A stretch of 64,000 nt of DNA from Perkinsus chesapeaki ATCC PRA-425 (GCA_013115145.1 JAAPAO010000141.1:1-64000), one strand, 5' to 3'; positions 1 through 14,160 are shown, counted from the stretch's first letter. The notes: a model not told the origin generated them from the sequence alone. Made by a program: numbers and translations.

Positions 1-123
1 GGAAAAATGTTACTAGTGATACGGAGGAGGAGATATAATAGAAAGGAGTTTGATAGGAAATATGTTACTATTGATACGGAGGAGATATAATAGAAAGGAG
101 TTTGATAGGAAAAATGCTACTAG
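1..123. repeat. Tandem repeat, ~52-55 bp unit, ~2.3 copies (may continue left of the window)
   Basis: ggaaa(a/t)atgttacta(g/t)tgatacggaggag...atataatagaaaggagtttgata starts at 1 and 56, with a partial copy at 108. Confidence 0.8.
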
Positions 124-199
124 GGAAATAGTAAATCTGATATGTACTGGTATGAATGTTCCTGTATATGACAGCAGCCAAGACGAGTTAATAAAAGCC

Positions 200-612
<413 letters not shown>

Positions 613-697
613 TCAGCCCTGAGTTAGGGACGTTATGACGTTAGGGATAAGGTGAAGCTCACAAAGCACAAGATATGCCCATCAAGGACCCAGCAGA

Positions 698-3600
698 TTA
701 GGGCGGTACGAAAGGGTTGATGGAAGCCCAAAAATCATCCAAGAACGCGGCTCGAATGTGAAGTACAGAAACAACGTTTGAATTTAAATCAGAAACACAA
801 ATCAACAACATGCTCAATTCGTATTGGCCTCTTCCGCACGCGAAAGGATTTCTTTCAAAACGGCCTCGGGGACCTAGAAATATCATATTATCGTGCGCAT
901 GCGTGTAAATTATTGTTAGTACCTTGAGTATCTTGTCTATCTCTTCTGGATTGTCGTTACCATACAAATATTTATTATCATTTTCTCGACGCCTAACTTC
1001 TTCAACTACGACTGTTGGCAGGGCTCGGGCACACCTTGGAACAAATGAGCAACACAAAAGTCGTTTCCAACCTTAGAAGTTGCTCCGGGCTCATCCGCGA
1101 CACCAGACTGGAGAAGTGATTTAGCAGTTTGGGATGCAATTTGTTGGGCTCGAAAGCCTCGCATATCTGAGACAAAATATGCATCCACTGGGGATAGACC
1201 TCACGACCTTCAGAATGACAAACCGTTAAGCTAACTATTAGGCTGAATCTCCTACGCGAGCAGATACTCGAATTTCAGCAACACTGGAAACAACCCCCTT
1301 CCCAGCTCCAATATCGTTTCAGCGTTGCGACATTGTACCGAAAATTAAATGCAATGCACGAGAGATCCCGGTCTCGAGAATTCAAACTCTCCTTATCGAC
1401 TCTTGCTCACCTGGGAGGCTATCTCTTCTCTGTCAATCGCTGATGCTCTCCACAACAGACTTCCACTGTACTCGCTACGCTCACCGGGATGGAAGACGGC
1501 CGACTCGGACGATGATGACGGCGATCTGGAGAAATCTAGCGGAGCGAAGCGTCTCATGTTCTACCTTTTTTGTGAAAGACGAACACTCAGTTGTTTCAAG
1601 CATGCATCAACCGTTCCCTCAAAGCGGTCGCCGAATCCAGCATATGCTCTAAATTCCAGCCTTCCAATCGAACGACCCAGGTTCTATCCCCGCACCTCGC
1701 AATTAATCCGCATTGATCCTCACTGAGTCGGTCTGATTCTTCATCGATCAGTTCCTTCATTCCAATAAGGAAGTCCTCTCTACTCGTTAAATATGAATTC
1801 CCGAAAGCCTCTACGAGACCGTGCGGCACGAGCTTCTTCTTCTCCGCCAGAATTATCCCAACTAGTCTGAAGTAGCATCTCGAGAAGAGTGGCGGTGAGG
1901 CTGCTCAACCTGTCCTGGTCCACACATGCCCAGTGGAGGACTCTGATGGCTCGGTGAAGATCATCCACAGTAGAGCAGACGACTCGAGTGAGACTGTCGG
2001 GTACTGAAGAGATTGATAACAACTATAACTCACCGGTAACAGTTTACCATGTAACTTAGCGACTTTTAAAGATTCCACCAAATCGATCAGTCGATCGATA
2101 TTAACGGATATCTTACCAACTTCAACCTCAGTAACAGGCATGCCGAACTCATCCAGTTCTTCCTCTCTCTTATACTCACCCTTAACCTGCAGCATAACAC
2201 CTAATAAAAATCCAACCATTTAATTTACACCTACCGTCATGCTGATGACTTCCTCCCCTCTCACAGCACGACACTCCATCACTGTCCTTTCAACTATGCC
2301 CGCCAATTCTTCTAAGATATCTTTCGAACCTTCAAGACCATGTACCTAAATAACCCAGATCATCAGCGAACAGAAAGGAAAACGATATAGTTGATAAAAG
2401 GGGAACTCGGAAATGTAAAAGAGCAGCAAATTTCACCATTTGAAAATAATGTCGAAAGATGCAAATCCACTCGGTAAGGAAAAGTTGCTTGAGAGCCGAA
2501 GGATTATAGAGATTGGATAGATGGACTAACATGCTTACCGCTCTGGCTAGGACAGCTATCTGGCTCATATCCAACATGACTCCAGATGCCAAGATCAGCT
2601 TTGCTATCTCCACACCTGTGACGTGACGTGATAATCTTCGAAATGCATTAACCGCAACTATGTACTCATCCACGCATTCTTCGATAACATGTTGATTAGA
2701 GCTCCTGAGGGTGGTAGAGTCGGGATAACAGCCATCAACTCCTCTATGGTCGATTAATTATCAAGTCATGAGACGGACTAGCCACTTATATACTATTTCC
2801 GTTAATGAGCAAGTCGATAGTTGATTCTGCTGCTCTGATGATCTCTCTCATTATCAGTTATATCTCTCCCCTCTCGAGTGTCCCGCTTCAATCCCATTTT
2901 ACAAAATGATAATGCCGAAGGATGATTTTAATAGATTGGATAATATATTGAAAAAGATCATGTGAAGTGCGAAGATACGAAATATCTTTGTTTATTATCT
3001 GTTATACGCGTACACTGGAGAGATGGCTACCGTGAGGGATAGTGAAACTTACAATGTAAAGGCACAGCAGTCGATGAGGTCATTTGGTGTAGCTCCATTC
3101 AATACAGCTCTTGAGAATGCCACTATCATTTTAACCGTAATTTCAACTTGTCTTTTTGGTGATATTGATACAGACGGCTCTGATCCAACAAGTGGATAAC
3201 GTATACTCTCCATTTCCTGTACGAATGCCAAAGCCAACATTACGTAGGTACCGGTATGGTCGAATCTGATAGAAAAAGGGGAATGCTTTATCGCGGGTGT
3301 AGCAAGTCATATGCGATCGCATATCTTCTATACTAAATCAACATATAAACTATTTCTTCAAATAAAATGATAATTTTCTTTAACATATGAATTTAGTCCC
3401 GTTGAATCACTCAGCAATATCACCGACGTATAATACATATATTCTCTATTATTATAATATAAATAATAATACACAGCATGAAAAGGTTCATCTCTATGCA
3501 TGCAGGACACCTTCACTTTCCCCCAAGACTCCCCACTCACCCGAGCCTTTGGTATGCCTCCGCACACTCGGCACAGCTAAGCAAAGTCAGCTGCGGGAAT

Positions 3601-3971
3601 CTTTCGAGCAACTCGGAGCTGAGCTTCCTTAACAGCCCAGGATGGGCAGTGCATTCGGCTGCTGCAAAGGCGTCTGATAATGATAATACCATTTAAACCT
3701 CCAGTATGGTAGATGAGCTTACTCAGCAACTTCCTTATTTGTTTAACTGTAAAACAATGGCTGATGTACTCTGCTCTCCGACAGATAGCGTCCCAAAAGC
3801 CCTTGTCAGTTTTGTAGCTCACATCAGCACCTTGTGATTCGGTAGCTACATGTATTAAGTCTCCAGGGGGGAGGTTGGCTATGGGCAGCCACCTGAGGAG
3901 GGCCACGGAGTAAAACGCACACAACTGGTGCGAAATTAACTATGCGTTCCTCACCGCGCAGCCCTGTACAT
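698..3971 (-). CDS. Multi-exon hypothetical alpha-helical repeat protein (HPR/OPR/RAP-like, possibly organelle-targeted)
   Basis: ATG 3971 gives MYRAAR|CAFYSVALLRWLP (presequence-like). A chain of minus-strand exons (FWDAICRRAEYISHCFTVKQIRKLLSK; MESIRYPLVG; EYIVAVNAFRRLSRHVTGVEIAKLILASG; EEELDEFGMPVTEVEVGKISV; REDFLIGMKELIDEE) ends at a stop at 698-700. Family assignment is by resemblance only. Confidence 0.5.
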
Positions 3972-3985
3972 TGCGCATGCGTGCA
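3972..3985 (-). promoter_or_regulatory. Candidate promoter element TGCGCATGCGTGCA
   Basis: Directly abuts the inferred ATG (3971) of the minus-strand gene. Confidence 0.45.
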
Positions 3986-5106
3986 GCAGATTCTCATCTT
4001 TTCCAAGCTGTCTCCTCACTAACTTGTTTCCTCAATTTCCGACGAGACAACATAACCCTTCTTAAAGTAGGTGCATATCACATGTCACACAATAGCATAA
4101 CCGTCAAAGGCATCCTCATCATCGCCCCCCTTATGAAATCAAATTTTCGTCTTTTCAGTCGTAAAAAGGGGTCACTACGGCAAAAAGCCTCTCCATTTCC
4201 CTCCTTCCCATGCAGTTTGATAATTCCTCATTATACAATTAGGTACATCAAAATTAAATTTCAAAGCTGATTTCCTTCATCCTACTGCTCGACAATTATA
4301 TGTCACCCCCATCGAGTCGCCCGAGTGGTGCATAGTTTACCCACACTATCGTGAAATGCCGTAGTGAGTACCGAGCATTTCAATGTACGCTACCTCCAAT
4401 ATATCCCCAGCGCATCAATAAAGATGCGCTGACCTCACCTCCCATCTCCTCACTCACGTTTTAATTCCCGAAGTCCTTTTTGTTAATAACACTTTTCGTA
4501 GCCTGCCATTAGGGAGAGTGTCGTCAGGTAAATCCTCTCCGCGCCACCTGGACAGGAAAAAATAAACTAAAATTTTCCCTTCAATAATTTTACTTTCCTT
4601 CAAAGTCCCAACCCCTGTCCATAAAAGGCGATATCTCTTTCCCCATCCATGCTTTACGCTGTTTCTCGCGCGCCCTGAAATTAACGCCGTGCAAAAATGC
4701 GAGGCCCCCTGCTGACTTTCGTGCTTGATATTCACTTTGTCGTTTTCCATTTCCTTCTTGCATTATAAAATCTCCAGTCGCCTTGTAAGCGTCTTTATTG
4801 ATCATCTCCGCTAACGGAATGCTAACCTGTTCGGTCCACCTGAGAATGCTAGCACCTCACCACCGAGGAGGAGGAGGGACGAAGAGCTGCCCTGGAGATT
4901 TATGGACATCATAATAAGTTGAACATTGGGAAGCGGGTGAAGGCTGATATCAGGCCAAAACTGTATCCGAGAGGCAAATCTCAGACATTAAACTATCCAA
5001 ACTCCTCCTCCTCCTTTAGGGTCCGATATTTACCATCCCTCTGGCAACTGCTATATGCCCGGTATGGTTTAAATCGCAATACCACATTGTATTTAGAAAT
5101 AGAATG

Positions 5107-5200
5107 CATTACTGCACGATAGTTACGGTACGAGTGCAGCAGCCGACATTACTGCACGATAGTTACGGTACGAGTGCAGCAGCCGACATTAATGCACGAT
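5107..5200. repeat. Tandem repeat, 40-bp unit, ~2.3 copies
   Basis: cattactgcacgatagttacggtacgagtgcagcagccga at 5107 and 5147, partial at 5187. Confidence 0.92.
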
Positions 5201-6089
5201 TTTTTCTAACACAGATACTCCTCAACTGTGAATGTCATGATTGGAGTAGGCCAGGCCCCCATCGAGTGGCTAGCCTCCTTGTAACATATACTCTTCCATC
5301 TTTCCTGGATTTCAATATTCCCCCAGTCTAACGCTCCCTTTCCCTCCGACACCTCAAACTGAAATACTCAGTAAGGAGCTCTGTGATGAATGCCGTAAAA
5401 GCAAGTATACGATAAAACGGAAAATATTGCTCCACTATATTAATAATAAGAATATATGAACAATAATTTATCATTTATACCTACTCTCTCCTTCCTCCAC
5501 CTCCTCCACCTGTCGACCCAACTCACTCTAGCCTAGTCGATCGAGCAGCTCCATTGGTTGCAAATCCACGCACTCTAAAAGATACCCTTAAAACCGTTGA
5601 ATACCGAGGCAAAGTGGACATGAAGAATCTAACTGAATTATACCTTTTTTCCTCAACTAACACAAATCTTATTTGCCGTCTTGAGATACTTTTATATACC
5701 ACAATCATCATCATCATCGACAACAGCAACAAAAGCTAATTACGACGCTTGATGATCTGCCACGTTGAGAGGACCTGAATTTCACTGAATGTCGAAAAGG
5801 AAAGAAATGGTTAATTCCGGCGGTGGTCGATGATGCACTGGGCCGATTATACGTCAAGTGATCGATGAAGAGAGATGCTCCAGCACTACTGCAGCCGAGT
5901 TAAATAATATATATATGTCTGGACATGAAACGGTTGATCGATTTCGACGTGAGTTTTGAGCCATCTGGCAAAATGCTGCCTTTGCAGGCAATTATGAAAA
6001 GGAAGGTGTGTTATATTTCTTTGTGGAACCTCCAGAATGAAATCACTTAAAATCAGTCCTACACAGTAGAAGGAGGATGATGATCGAAA

Positions 6090-7334
6090 GACTGGGAAGT
6101 CACCTCTTCAACAGCGTCGGTGTCGAAGTCATCTCGCCCACCAAACTCATCAAATCCAATAACGGAGTGCTCGGTTTTGCCTGAAGGACGAAACTCATAC
6201 CGACTTCTCCTCTTTCATCTCCAAAATGATGGATGATGCTATCGTCTTACCATTCTTAATCAGCATTATTGTCGGTAACATCATAATGCGAAATCGATCG
6301 CAGAGGAACGGCGACTGAAATTCGAAAAGTTTAATTTCCATTGCTCATCATCAAACCCATGACGAAACTAGACACGCTCTGTAGATTCCTATTTCAAAGA
6401 GTACTTTGTCGGAGTACTATTTATAATATAAAATTATAAGCAATATGTATATATGTATAAACAATACAATAATATCAATATGAGTTTCCACCTTGACTTC
6501 ATTATCCACCCGATAAAGCGAGGCATCCCGAAGGAAGGAAGTAATCCACTTCATGTTGCTTATTGGTAACATATTATCATCCATCAAACTTTCTCATATG
6601 TAACGCTTCTGCCTTATTGAGCATACTGCCTGTCTCATTCTTTGTGCAAAAATAAAATTATAGAACTGATATTATATTGAATGCATAATCTCACCTTCTC
6701 GGCATTTATTTTCACAAATCGTGTGCCAATATACTTCTCAGCAAGTAGAGTTAAATGCCTGAATTGAAATATCCTATCCGGGGATAGAACGCATGACCCC
6801 TGACTTATCAATGATTTGACATCTCCAAGTAGTTGGCCTGTAAAAATGGCAAACCATGAGCTTCGACTCCTTAGCGGCCTGCTTCAGATAAAAATAATGC
6901 AAGTTCACGATAAAAAAATTAATAATATAAACGTCATAATAAAGTAAGTGCTGTAAATGCTATAAGAGGTTTATATAAAAATACAACCAAATTCACCTCG
7001 AAGAATTCTCGTTCAGAATAAAGTTCCTTATATTCCCCATGGCCCTTCGATCGAAGGTCCTAAAGATGGTGTTAAGGGGCTTGCAGCTGAAGAGGAAACT
7101 CACCAAACTGGCTTTATAATCTTCCTTCATTTCTTCTAATCTCTTACGCCTGATCTCCTCTATATCATCCTCATTTAAATTTTCCAGCCTAAGGTACCAA
7201 AGCTGACCTAATTTGTATCTTGCGCGGATGAACCTAGGATACTTTTCAATTTCATTGTCAAGCTGTTCTTCTTTTTCCTTCATTGCTGTAATAAGCGTAT
7301 CAGCTAGCATATCCCCTACCGTACGTTGTGACAT
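6090..7334 (-). CDS. TXNDC9: Phosducin-like / thioredoxin domain-containing protein 9 (PLP1/TXNDC9 family); last exon(s) probably extend to ~5750
   Basis: Spliced exons: MSQRTVGDMLADTLITAMKEKEEQLDNEIEK|LENLNEDDIEEIRRKRLEEMKEDYK|SKGHGEYKELYSEREFFE|AAKESKLMVCHFYRPTTWRCQIIDK|HLTLLAEKYIGTRFVKINAEK|SPFLCDRFRIMMLPTIMLIKNG|KTEHSVIGFDEFGGRDDFDTDAVEE. Matches the family hallmarks GHGEY, CHFY, F.KINAEK.PFL and LPT. Confidence 0.88.
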
Positions 7335-7899
7335 CTTTACTGTTAAAATATATAACTATCAAAGATGATGCATATGCGTTTAACAACGAGTTTAACAGCA
7401 AGATATCCAAACAGTGATATCGGGGGATCCCCGATGAAGCCTGAAGTCCATTCCGATTGGTTAACAACTTACAGAAACCTAAGATAAGGTAAATCATCAC
7501 GCACAGTGAACATCATCACAACAGTTGCTGTCAAAAGATGGAACGCACAAAAAAGTCAAACAAAAAGCGCTTCGCTTCGCTTTTATACGCGCACGCCCAC
7601 GATCGGCCCATCATTAGCATGTATTATAAATGACCCAATTCTGGTGAATTTCTGGTTGATCTAGATTAAACATAATGAACAGCACTCATAAAGTGTGTAT
7701 CAGTTGTTGAGTTGACTAGTTAAACGAACCTATAATAAATCGCCCGCCCAAGATCGAGCAATAAGTCATTTCCTCGAGCAAAGATACATTTCCGGGGGCC
7801 ATAAGTGAGAAGATTACGATACCCTTTTATAGGAAACCGTACAGTAGAGACCAATAGACCAAATTGGAGATTCACTATGTCATCTATAACTCACTTCAT

Positions 7900-9460
7900 A
7901 ACTCATAATGCTATTGGAATCTGAGCTTCAAGATTGAACGAGGTTCAGGCGATACTGTTCAGTAATACCTTGTCAACATGCACATTATTCATACCATACT
8001 TCTCTCAAATCTCCCCTTAATAACTGCCTTGAGGTCGCTGAAGCCAGACGATCGTCAAGTTGCTCAATGGCTCAAGGTGAGCGCCTTAAATGGTCCGAGG
8101 TAGAGCACGTTGCTGATTTAGAGAGGCCTTCGCATCGACGCTTATCCAGAAGATAAGCTATGTATGATATTACCAAATTCACAAAGCTCTGACACGTCTA
8201 TCTCACTTAATGTCGAGGAAGGCGAGGATACTGCAACTGTTACCATTGCTAAGCTCGAGTGTGACTCGGAAAATACCAACGACGATGATGATGCTTTAAC
8301 CTACGTTATGTGAGTGGCATTCCGCACGTTGTTGATTTCACTGGTATCATTGTCAGCAAGAATGGTGAAGTTAACATCGACGGTGAGACCTTTAACGACC
8401 CTCTACATGACATGGTTATTCGACCTAGCTCTAACTTTGAACAGATGTGTGAAAGAGCCAGCCTTGCCTTGTACTACGAAGCTGGAGGCCAATACGAATC
8501 GAAATCCAATGCTTATGATATTCTACTGGATAATCTATGTGTAACTTACAGCTCGGCAAGGCACCGTGCTTCCCATTGAAATGCTAACCTCAAGCTGGTC
8601 GATGTGATTTCGGCTGCGCTGTTTTAATATCATCAACTGGGAATGTTATTTGCCGTCAACCTAAAGTGCAGAGTTATCTCATACGATACTGGTCTACTGG
8701 ACAGCTTTCGTAACATCCTCCTCTCTCCACAATGACAATCTTGTCCGCATCAATGGCATGGTACCTTCTTTGCAGTACTGTTGTGGTCGGTGCGACTGCC
8801 CGTAGTTTATTTAAGAAGGTAGGATCATTGCTATCGTACGTTTTGAAAGGTAATTTATTCGTATTTATAAATGTCAACTGAAACGTATCGACTACGGTGA
8901 TGGTAGTTACTTCAACTTGCTCTATTTTTGTGAATACAGAATATCTTAGGTGCGATGCGGTACGTCTACGACTATAATAGAGATGAGCCTCTAACTGGTA
9001 TGTGGTTCAAAAGGGATCAACAGGGTAGGCTTGAAACTGAACGAGTGACGTGTCCGAAGGGTTACATCAGCCATGAGTATGATATCGTCATTAATAGGTG
9101 AGAAAGAGATACTAGAAATATTAGTATCTTGTGGAGAGTCAGCTTTTTAGTTACGATAATGGTACGATTGTGGCTGTGGATATGCATGGGTATACAACAA
9201 AAGCTGAGGACCCGATTTATAACCTGAATGTCTCACCAGCAAGTGGTACGGGAGACGTTTCTGCCACTATACAGCAGCAGCTCTTGTACGGCATGTCTAA
9301 AGGGTCGAAGAAGCTTCCAGAGACCTGTGATGAGATACTAAAAGCTCTATGTTCAGTTTATAAGCAAGCTTTGCCTCCTTCTGAATTACCTTTGCACGGC
9401 CAGCATCCCCTTGACTTTTATACCAGCGTTCCACGAGTCACGACGGTTCAGTTGTTGTAG
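7900..9460 (+). pseudogene. Fragmented hypothetical coding sequence, possibly a degraded gene
   Basis: Exon-like stretches (VEEGEDTATVTIAKLECDSEN; SGIPHVVDFTGIIVSKNGEVNIDG; YDNGTIVAVDMHGY) are separated by an apparent frameshift near 8308 and by in-frame stops. No family recognised. Confidence 0.25.
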
Positions 9461-9575
9461 ATATCCGATCATCATGTTTATCATGTCTTTGTGTGCTTTT
9501 TGTGGTGTAACTGTCTTTCACATCAGTTTTGCGTTATACTTGCATTATGCCGCCAGTTAACGGTTTCTATAATCA

Positions 9576-10440
9576 ATGTTCATCATCAGTTTCATTGGTA
9601 TTGCCTCGCACTTCCTCTTCGTTGTTTTTGCTTTGACGTCAAGACCGGCAACCGAGACCAGCAATGATATCGTAAGCGGAGTTGTCCGGAGTAACAGTAG
9701 ACAGTTTTCCAAATATAGTTACCTATTATCAAAAAAGCATATCTGGCTTCCATGCTTCCCCGAGAACGTTATCATCGTTTATCTCCTATTCGCGAACCAG
9801 AGTATGCAAGGAGCACCGCCAGTGATGGTCGTCGACATGAAGAAGTGTAAGATTCCCTTCTCTGCTGTACTTGAATTTCACTAAGTTTAGAATGAAATAT
9901 CAGCAACAAGGCGACGCAGCCATGCTCAGCAAAGAAAGAACGAAGGTGAGTGTCACCACCGCTTTCGCGCAGTTGCCCAGTTATTTAAAAACAGACCTTA
10001 TTGATGATGATAGTCACAAAAAACGTGAGCTAGTGTTAAACATCCCTGAGAGAATAATACATTCCATGCTTTCTTTGACCTAGGAAAATTTGAATCTCCT
10101 CCGCATTGGAAACACTTTCCTGACCGAGGAGCGTGTCTCTGTGAGGTTCCCAGCAGAAAGTCTCCAGAAAAATCATTACTGATGTTTTGTGGGCTAAAGA
10201 AGGTAACGACTTTGCTCAGGTAACCGACTCTGATAGAAAAAATGACGCCAGTGCAAGATAAGGTTATTTTTACTTTTGTTACCTTTTATATTTTAGGGCG
10301 CAAAGTAAGCCTCGAAGGGATACGCCGCAATGGGTGCGAACAGCTTGGGAAAAATTAAGTCTACTGGAGTCGAGGGTAGCACCACTGACAATTTGGCCGT
10401 GATCGACACAGAAAATGTAGAGGACGATAATAACTAACGA
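9576..10440 (+). CDS. Small secreted hypothetical protein A (paralog of B)
   Basis: MFIISFIGIASHFLFVVFALTS signal peptide followed by short GT-AG exons. 3' end approximate. Confidence 0.55.
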
Positions 10441-10948
10441 GGCAGAGGAAATGTATAAGCCGATATGAAGGATTCATTGGAAGCTTTGTTGGAATAGGTT
10501 ATCGATTGTGTCGACTGATGTTTCTATTGTGTGGTAGTATCCTTGGTCAAAGACTTCGTTAGCTGTTGAATAAAAATACGATGTTTATTTGCATGGTTGT
10601 TAATGTGAAATTGTACATTATCATTTTGCGTTATACAATATTATCGACGTGTTGCTGCATGTAGCTCAATACTCCGTCCCTCAACGTCCCTCTTCGTCCT
10701 GTGAGACCCAGCTAAACCAGTATTCACCTTCTGCTGGGGGGGATACCAGCTCCCACTTCAACTCAGTATCAATCCAGCGTCTTTGATTGCACCCTTAATC
10801 TCGGCCACGTATTCCCGACGTCTTTGGACCTCGTTGCTAGAAGATAACAGGTTATACGGCGTCTCCAAATTGAGCAAGGATATACCAAGCTCCTGCACTA
10901 TTGCTGGTATACTTCTATTATGGTATCAGTTAACGATTTCTATTATCA

Positions 10949-12050
10949 ATGCTCATCATCAACTTCATTGGTATAGTCTCACACTTCCTCTTCGTCGCAT
11001 TTGCCTTAACATCTGAGCCTCGAGAGGCTCAGCAATCTGCAGACGACGAGAGCGGTAAGCGAGACTACTGCTGCTGCCTCGGTGAAACGCAGTAGATCAA
11101 ATGCTCTTTTTAGGACTCCGATACGGGGATAGTATATCCTCATATGGCGAATTGGAACCGACATTCGAAACTTTTAAGGGACGGCCTGGTGGCTCTACTA
11201 ACATACCGCAAAAGAGGAGCGGAAAGAAGCATACTCGTCCGAACACCCTGGCTCTGTAGGATCTCATATCGCCGAGAAATGCTATTTCTGGATTGCTATG
11301 TCTGAATTCTTGTCACAGGAGTAAGCCTGCGCCGCCTTCATTCTCGATGGGAGGAGTCATGGATGATAAGCAAGCAAGTGACGATAAAGGAGCGATGAGC
11401 AAAAGTGGTAAGCTCCTCTTCAGCACTGATTCTGCAGTTGGCAAATGACTACTAACGGTTGCTGCTGTCAGAAGGACCTTTCGAGAGCAGTTTCACTTTC
11501 ACTCACGACGTGGTGCCTTCCGTTGACAGTTTTCTCGAGCCCGTGGGGCAATCCGATGTCACGAAGTTCAGTTCTTTTCCGAGGTAAGCTATCGGTGCTG
11601 CTTTTCCGGCATTTTCATTTCAGACGGAATTATAGGTTTCCAGCCACCGTGAACCCCGCCGGCACCGAGGGTGATGCAGGCATAAGTGGGGCTATGAGTA
11701 CAACGGGTGGCTATCATCAATCTAACTGTTTAGAGCCTCAACAAGCTCATCCGGTCGACAGCAAGGAACTAAGATTCGAGGCGGAGAAGATGGAAGAGGC
11801 AACAAAGGAGGCAGAGAAGTTTAATACCTTACCAAAGGTAAGATGATGCAGGATGAAGGATTGAATGAGAATGTGTACTTTGATAACAGGCTAAGAAGTT
11901 TGCCAGCAAGTTAACAAGGAGGGAAAGTACTCTGAAGAAACGGACCATATCTAACCCAACAAACTTCGGCCCTCTAAGTGACCATCTTCCAATAGAGGAG
12001 AAGGTAACATTATTGTTTATCATTATATAGATCTTTTCGTAGTGATACGT
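10949..12050 (+). CDS. Small secreted hypothetical protein B (paralog of A)
   Basis: MLIINFIGIVSHFLFVAFALTS signal peptide; its DNA and the ~20 nt upstream are clearly homologous to 9554-9640. 3' end approximate. Confidence 0.5.
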
Positions 12051-12483
12051 CCTCTACGAAGATGCAATGTTGTTGATATGAATGCTGGTGGTGGTTGTTG
12101 TTGTTGTGCAGCGTTATTCACTTGTTTGGTTACCCAATCTGTTGCATTTTACTCTGTCCTTTTCTTAGATTGCTCTGTGTGTGGGTGATCGAATGGATCT
12201 TATAATGAGAACCTGCCTCTCGATAAATATACATCCTGCAACCTACTCCCTAAAGTGCTCTAGATTCGCTCGCTTACTTTTCCTCATCACGTCTCATCCT
12301 ATCTTTTCTTCGTGGTCGGAGGAACTTTCGTCGTTTTAAAAAGTTGCTATTCTACTCCCAATACTCCACAAATAAGTATACCAAGTATAATATGAAGGGT
12401 CAGGCAAGCATCGTGGGGGCTTCACGAGAGACTTCCCTCTCTATAGCTTGCTCAGCGTTGTGGTTGTTCTTTCGCGCTCCTAA

Positions 12484-12766
12484 ATGCGTATCATCTCTCT
12501 AGCTGCCATTATTGCCATTATACAAGTAACCTCTACCGACTCACTAGAGAGTGAGAAAAAGAAAAGCAAATTCAGTAAAGCCTTCTCCGACTTCAGCAAG
12601 AAGTTCAATAGGAATCCCGAGAGAGTTAGTTGATAATTTATGTAGCCTTAAGTATGTCTGTTTTCAGAATGTTAAGGAGAGGAAAAGGCTAAGCAAGGAG
12701 GACATTGGAGAACCAGAGAATTTTAGACATGTCGTAGGCTACGAGTTGGTTCCATTACCATCATAG
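12484..12766 (+). CDS. Small secreted protein with WASP-like basic region and CRIB-like motif
   Basis: MRIISLAAIIAIIQVTSTD signal; intron 12625..12667; exon 2 reads NVKERKRLSKEDIGEPENFRHVVGY. An alternative 33-nt intron at 12734 would give NFRHVSHK and extend the ORF. Confidence 0.65.
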
Positions 12767-13441
12767 AGTCACAAGACAAAAACGATTACGTTTTTAATCG
12801 TTTCGGCAAAGCTCACGTGAAGAAGCGGAGGGGATTTAGTATATGATGAAAATCCTATATAGCTTGTCCGTACCATGTATACAACATTTTCAGAAAACTG
12901 ATAAAAGTTCGTAAGAGCAGCCGGAAGATACACGGCGATGGTTGTTGATGTTGATAAGAGTTTGGTAAGGTATTGAATATAACCTCGCTGTTCTACAGAT
13001 GATGATAATCATGTTGTTGTTACGTTGCGTTGCCGTAATCAGTGTTGCGTAATCTCGAATCTCCCTATTTACAAGTATGCCAAGCGACGCTACTTTGCTC
13101 CTTGGCTCCATCAGATTTTCAGACTTCGACTCTGCGGCTTGGTATTTCCCAGCTTTCTCTTCTGACCTGCCGAATCGGCTAGTCGGCTATGTCTTATAAA
13201 TCATCATTTATCTGTATACTACATTCTCCAGTGAGTGTTGGAACATTTCTGAGCCAAAGTCAAAAGTAGTGAGTACTTGTATGTCATAATGATACTATTT
13301 TCATTGTCTTGTATCATTTCTGACCTTAAAGGTTTACAACTGTCCAGCTTTGTAAGAATCCATTCGACAGAAAGCCTGTCATTTGCGGCCAATACTGCCT
13401 TTGTTTTATCACTGCTAAGTTACTTGTTTATGCCCTCAACC

Positions 13442-14160
13442 ATGCTAACTATTCTCCTCATTCTCCTCACACTTCTTTTTCACGTGCAACTTAGTTCAGC
13501 TAAGGCATGTTTTCGTCCTCTATTCCCCCTTCATCACTTCTCTTCAGAAGCCTTGTCAAGTTGTTGAAGCTTCCGAGGGTGCCCCTTACTGTCTGGTCTA
13601 CTACACTGATGAGCGTGGCGAAATTAGCCCAGATTCGAGCTTTTCGTTCACAATCGATAGTGACAACAAGCTGGCTACAAGAATGTTAACCTGCCGTAGA
13701 ACCAAAAAATACGTGAAAAGAGAAGGGTATACCATTAGGGGCCTTGGAAATGTAACCCTTAGCCACCATCTGACTCGGCGCCTGTGCCCCGAGCTGCAAC
13801 GAAGGCATTTCTTCTGGCACATCTATGTAGCTGAAATTGTTTTCTTACTGAAAGCTGTCTAAAAGGCGTTTTTGACATTATTATTGCTACTGCAGGTCTG
13901 ATGGTGATAAAATAGGTGTCGTCGACAACGGAAAGAAGAGGAATAAGCCGAAGGAGATATCAGATCCTGCGAAGAAGATGCCGAAAGTGTTGTTGAGTGG
14001 CGACCATGTTAAATGCAGTTCGGCTTTCAATGTTTTGGCCAAGGAAATGAGAGCTACCGAAGAAGACTGTGAAAATATTCTCGAGAAAACTTGCATTTTT
14101 TATGAGGGCCTTGAGAAAGAAACTAAGAGGGGGTTTTTTTCTTTTAGACGTAAATGAAAT
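13442..14160 (+). CDS. Secreted Cys-containing hypothetical protein
   Basis: MLTILLILLTLLFHVQLSSAK signal, a probable GC-AG intron, then KPCQVVEASEGAPYCLVYYTDE ... LCPELQRRHFFWHIY ... HVKCSSAFNVLAKEMRATEEDCENILEKTCIFYEG. Confidence 0.55.

Noticed and set aside
3021-3033. 12/13 match to the 5' part of the Perkinsus/dinoflagellate spliced leader (reverse complement ACGGTAGCCATCT)
   Set aside because: Lies inside an ordinary intron, lacks the 3' half of the SL and any SL-RNA intron sequence; compatible with chance.
4450-5060. Possible degenerate retroelement integrase fragments (MDRGWDF, PNGRLR)
   Set aside because: Short motifs in different frames with many stops; no LTRs, TIRs or DDE triad identifiable.
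8068-8078. TGGCTCAAG|GT resembling the SL exon/intron junction
   Set aside because: Only 9 nt match; upstream sequence does not match the SL and reads as coding (QVAQWLK).
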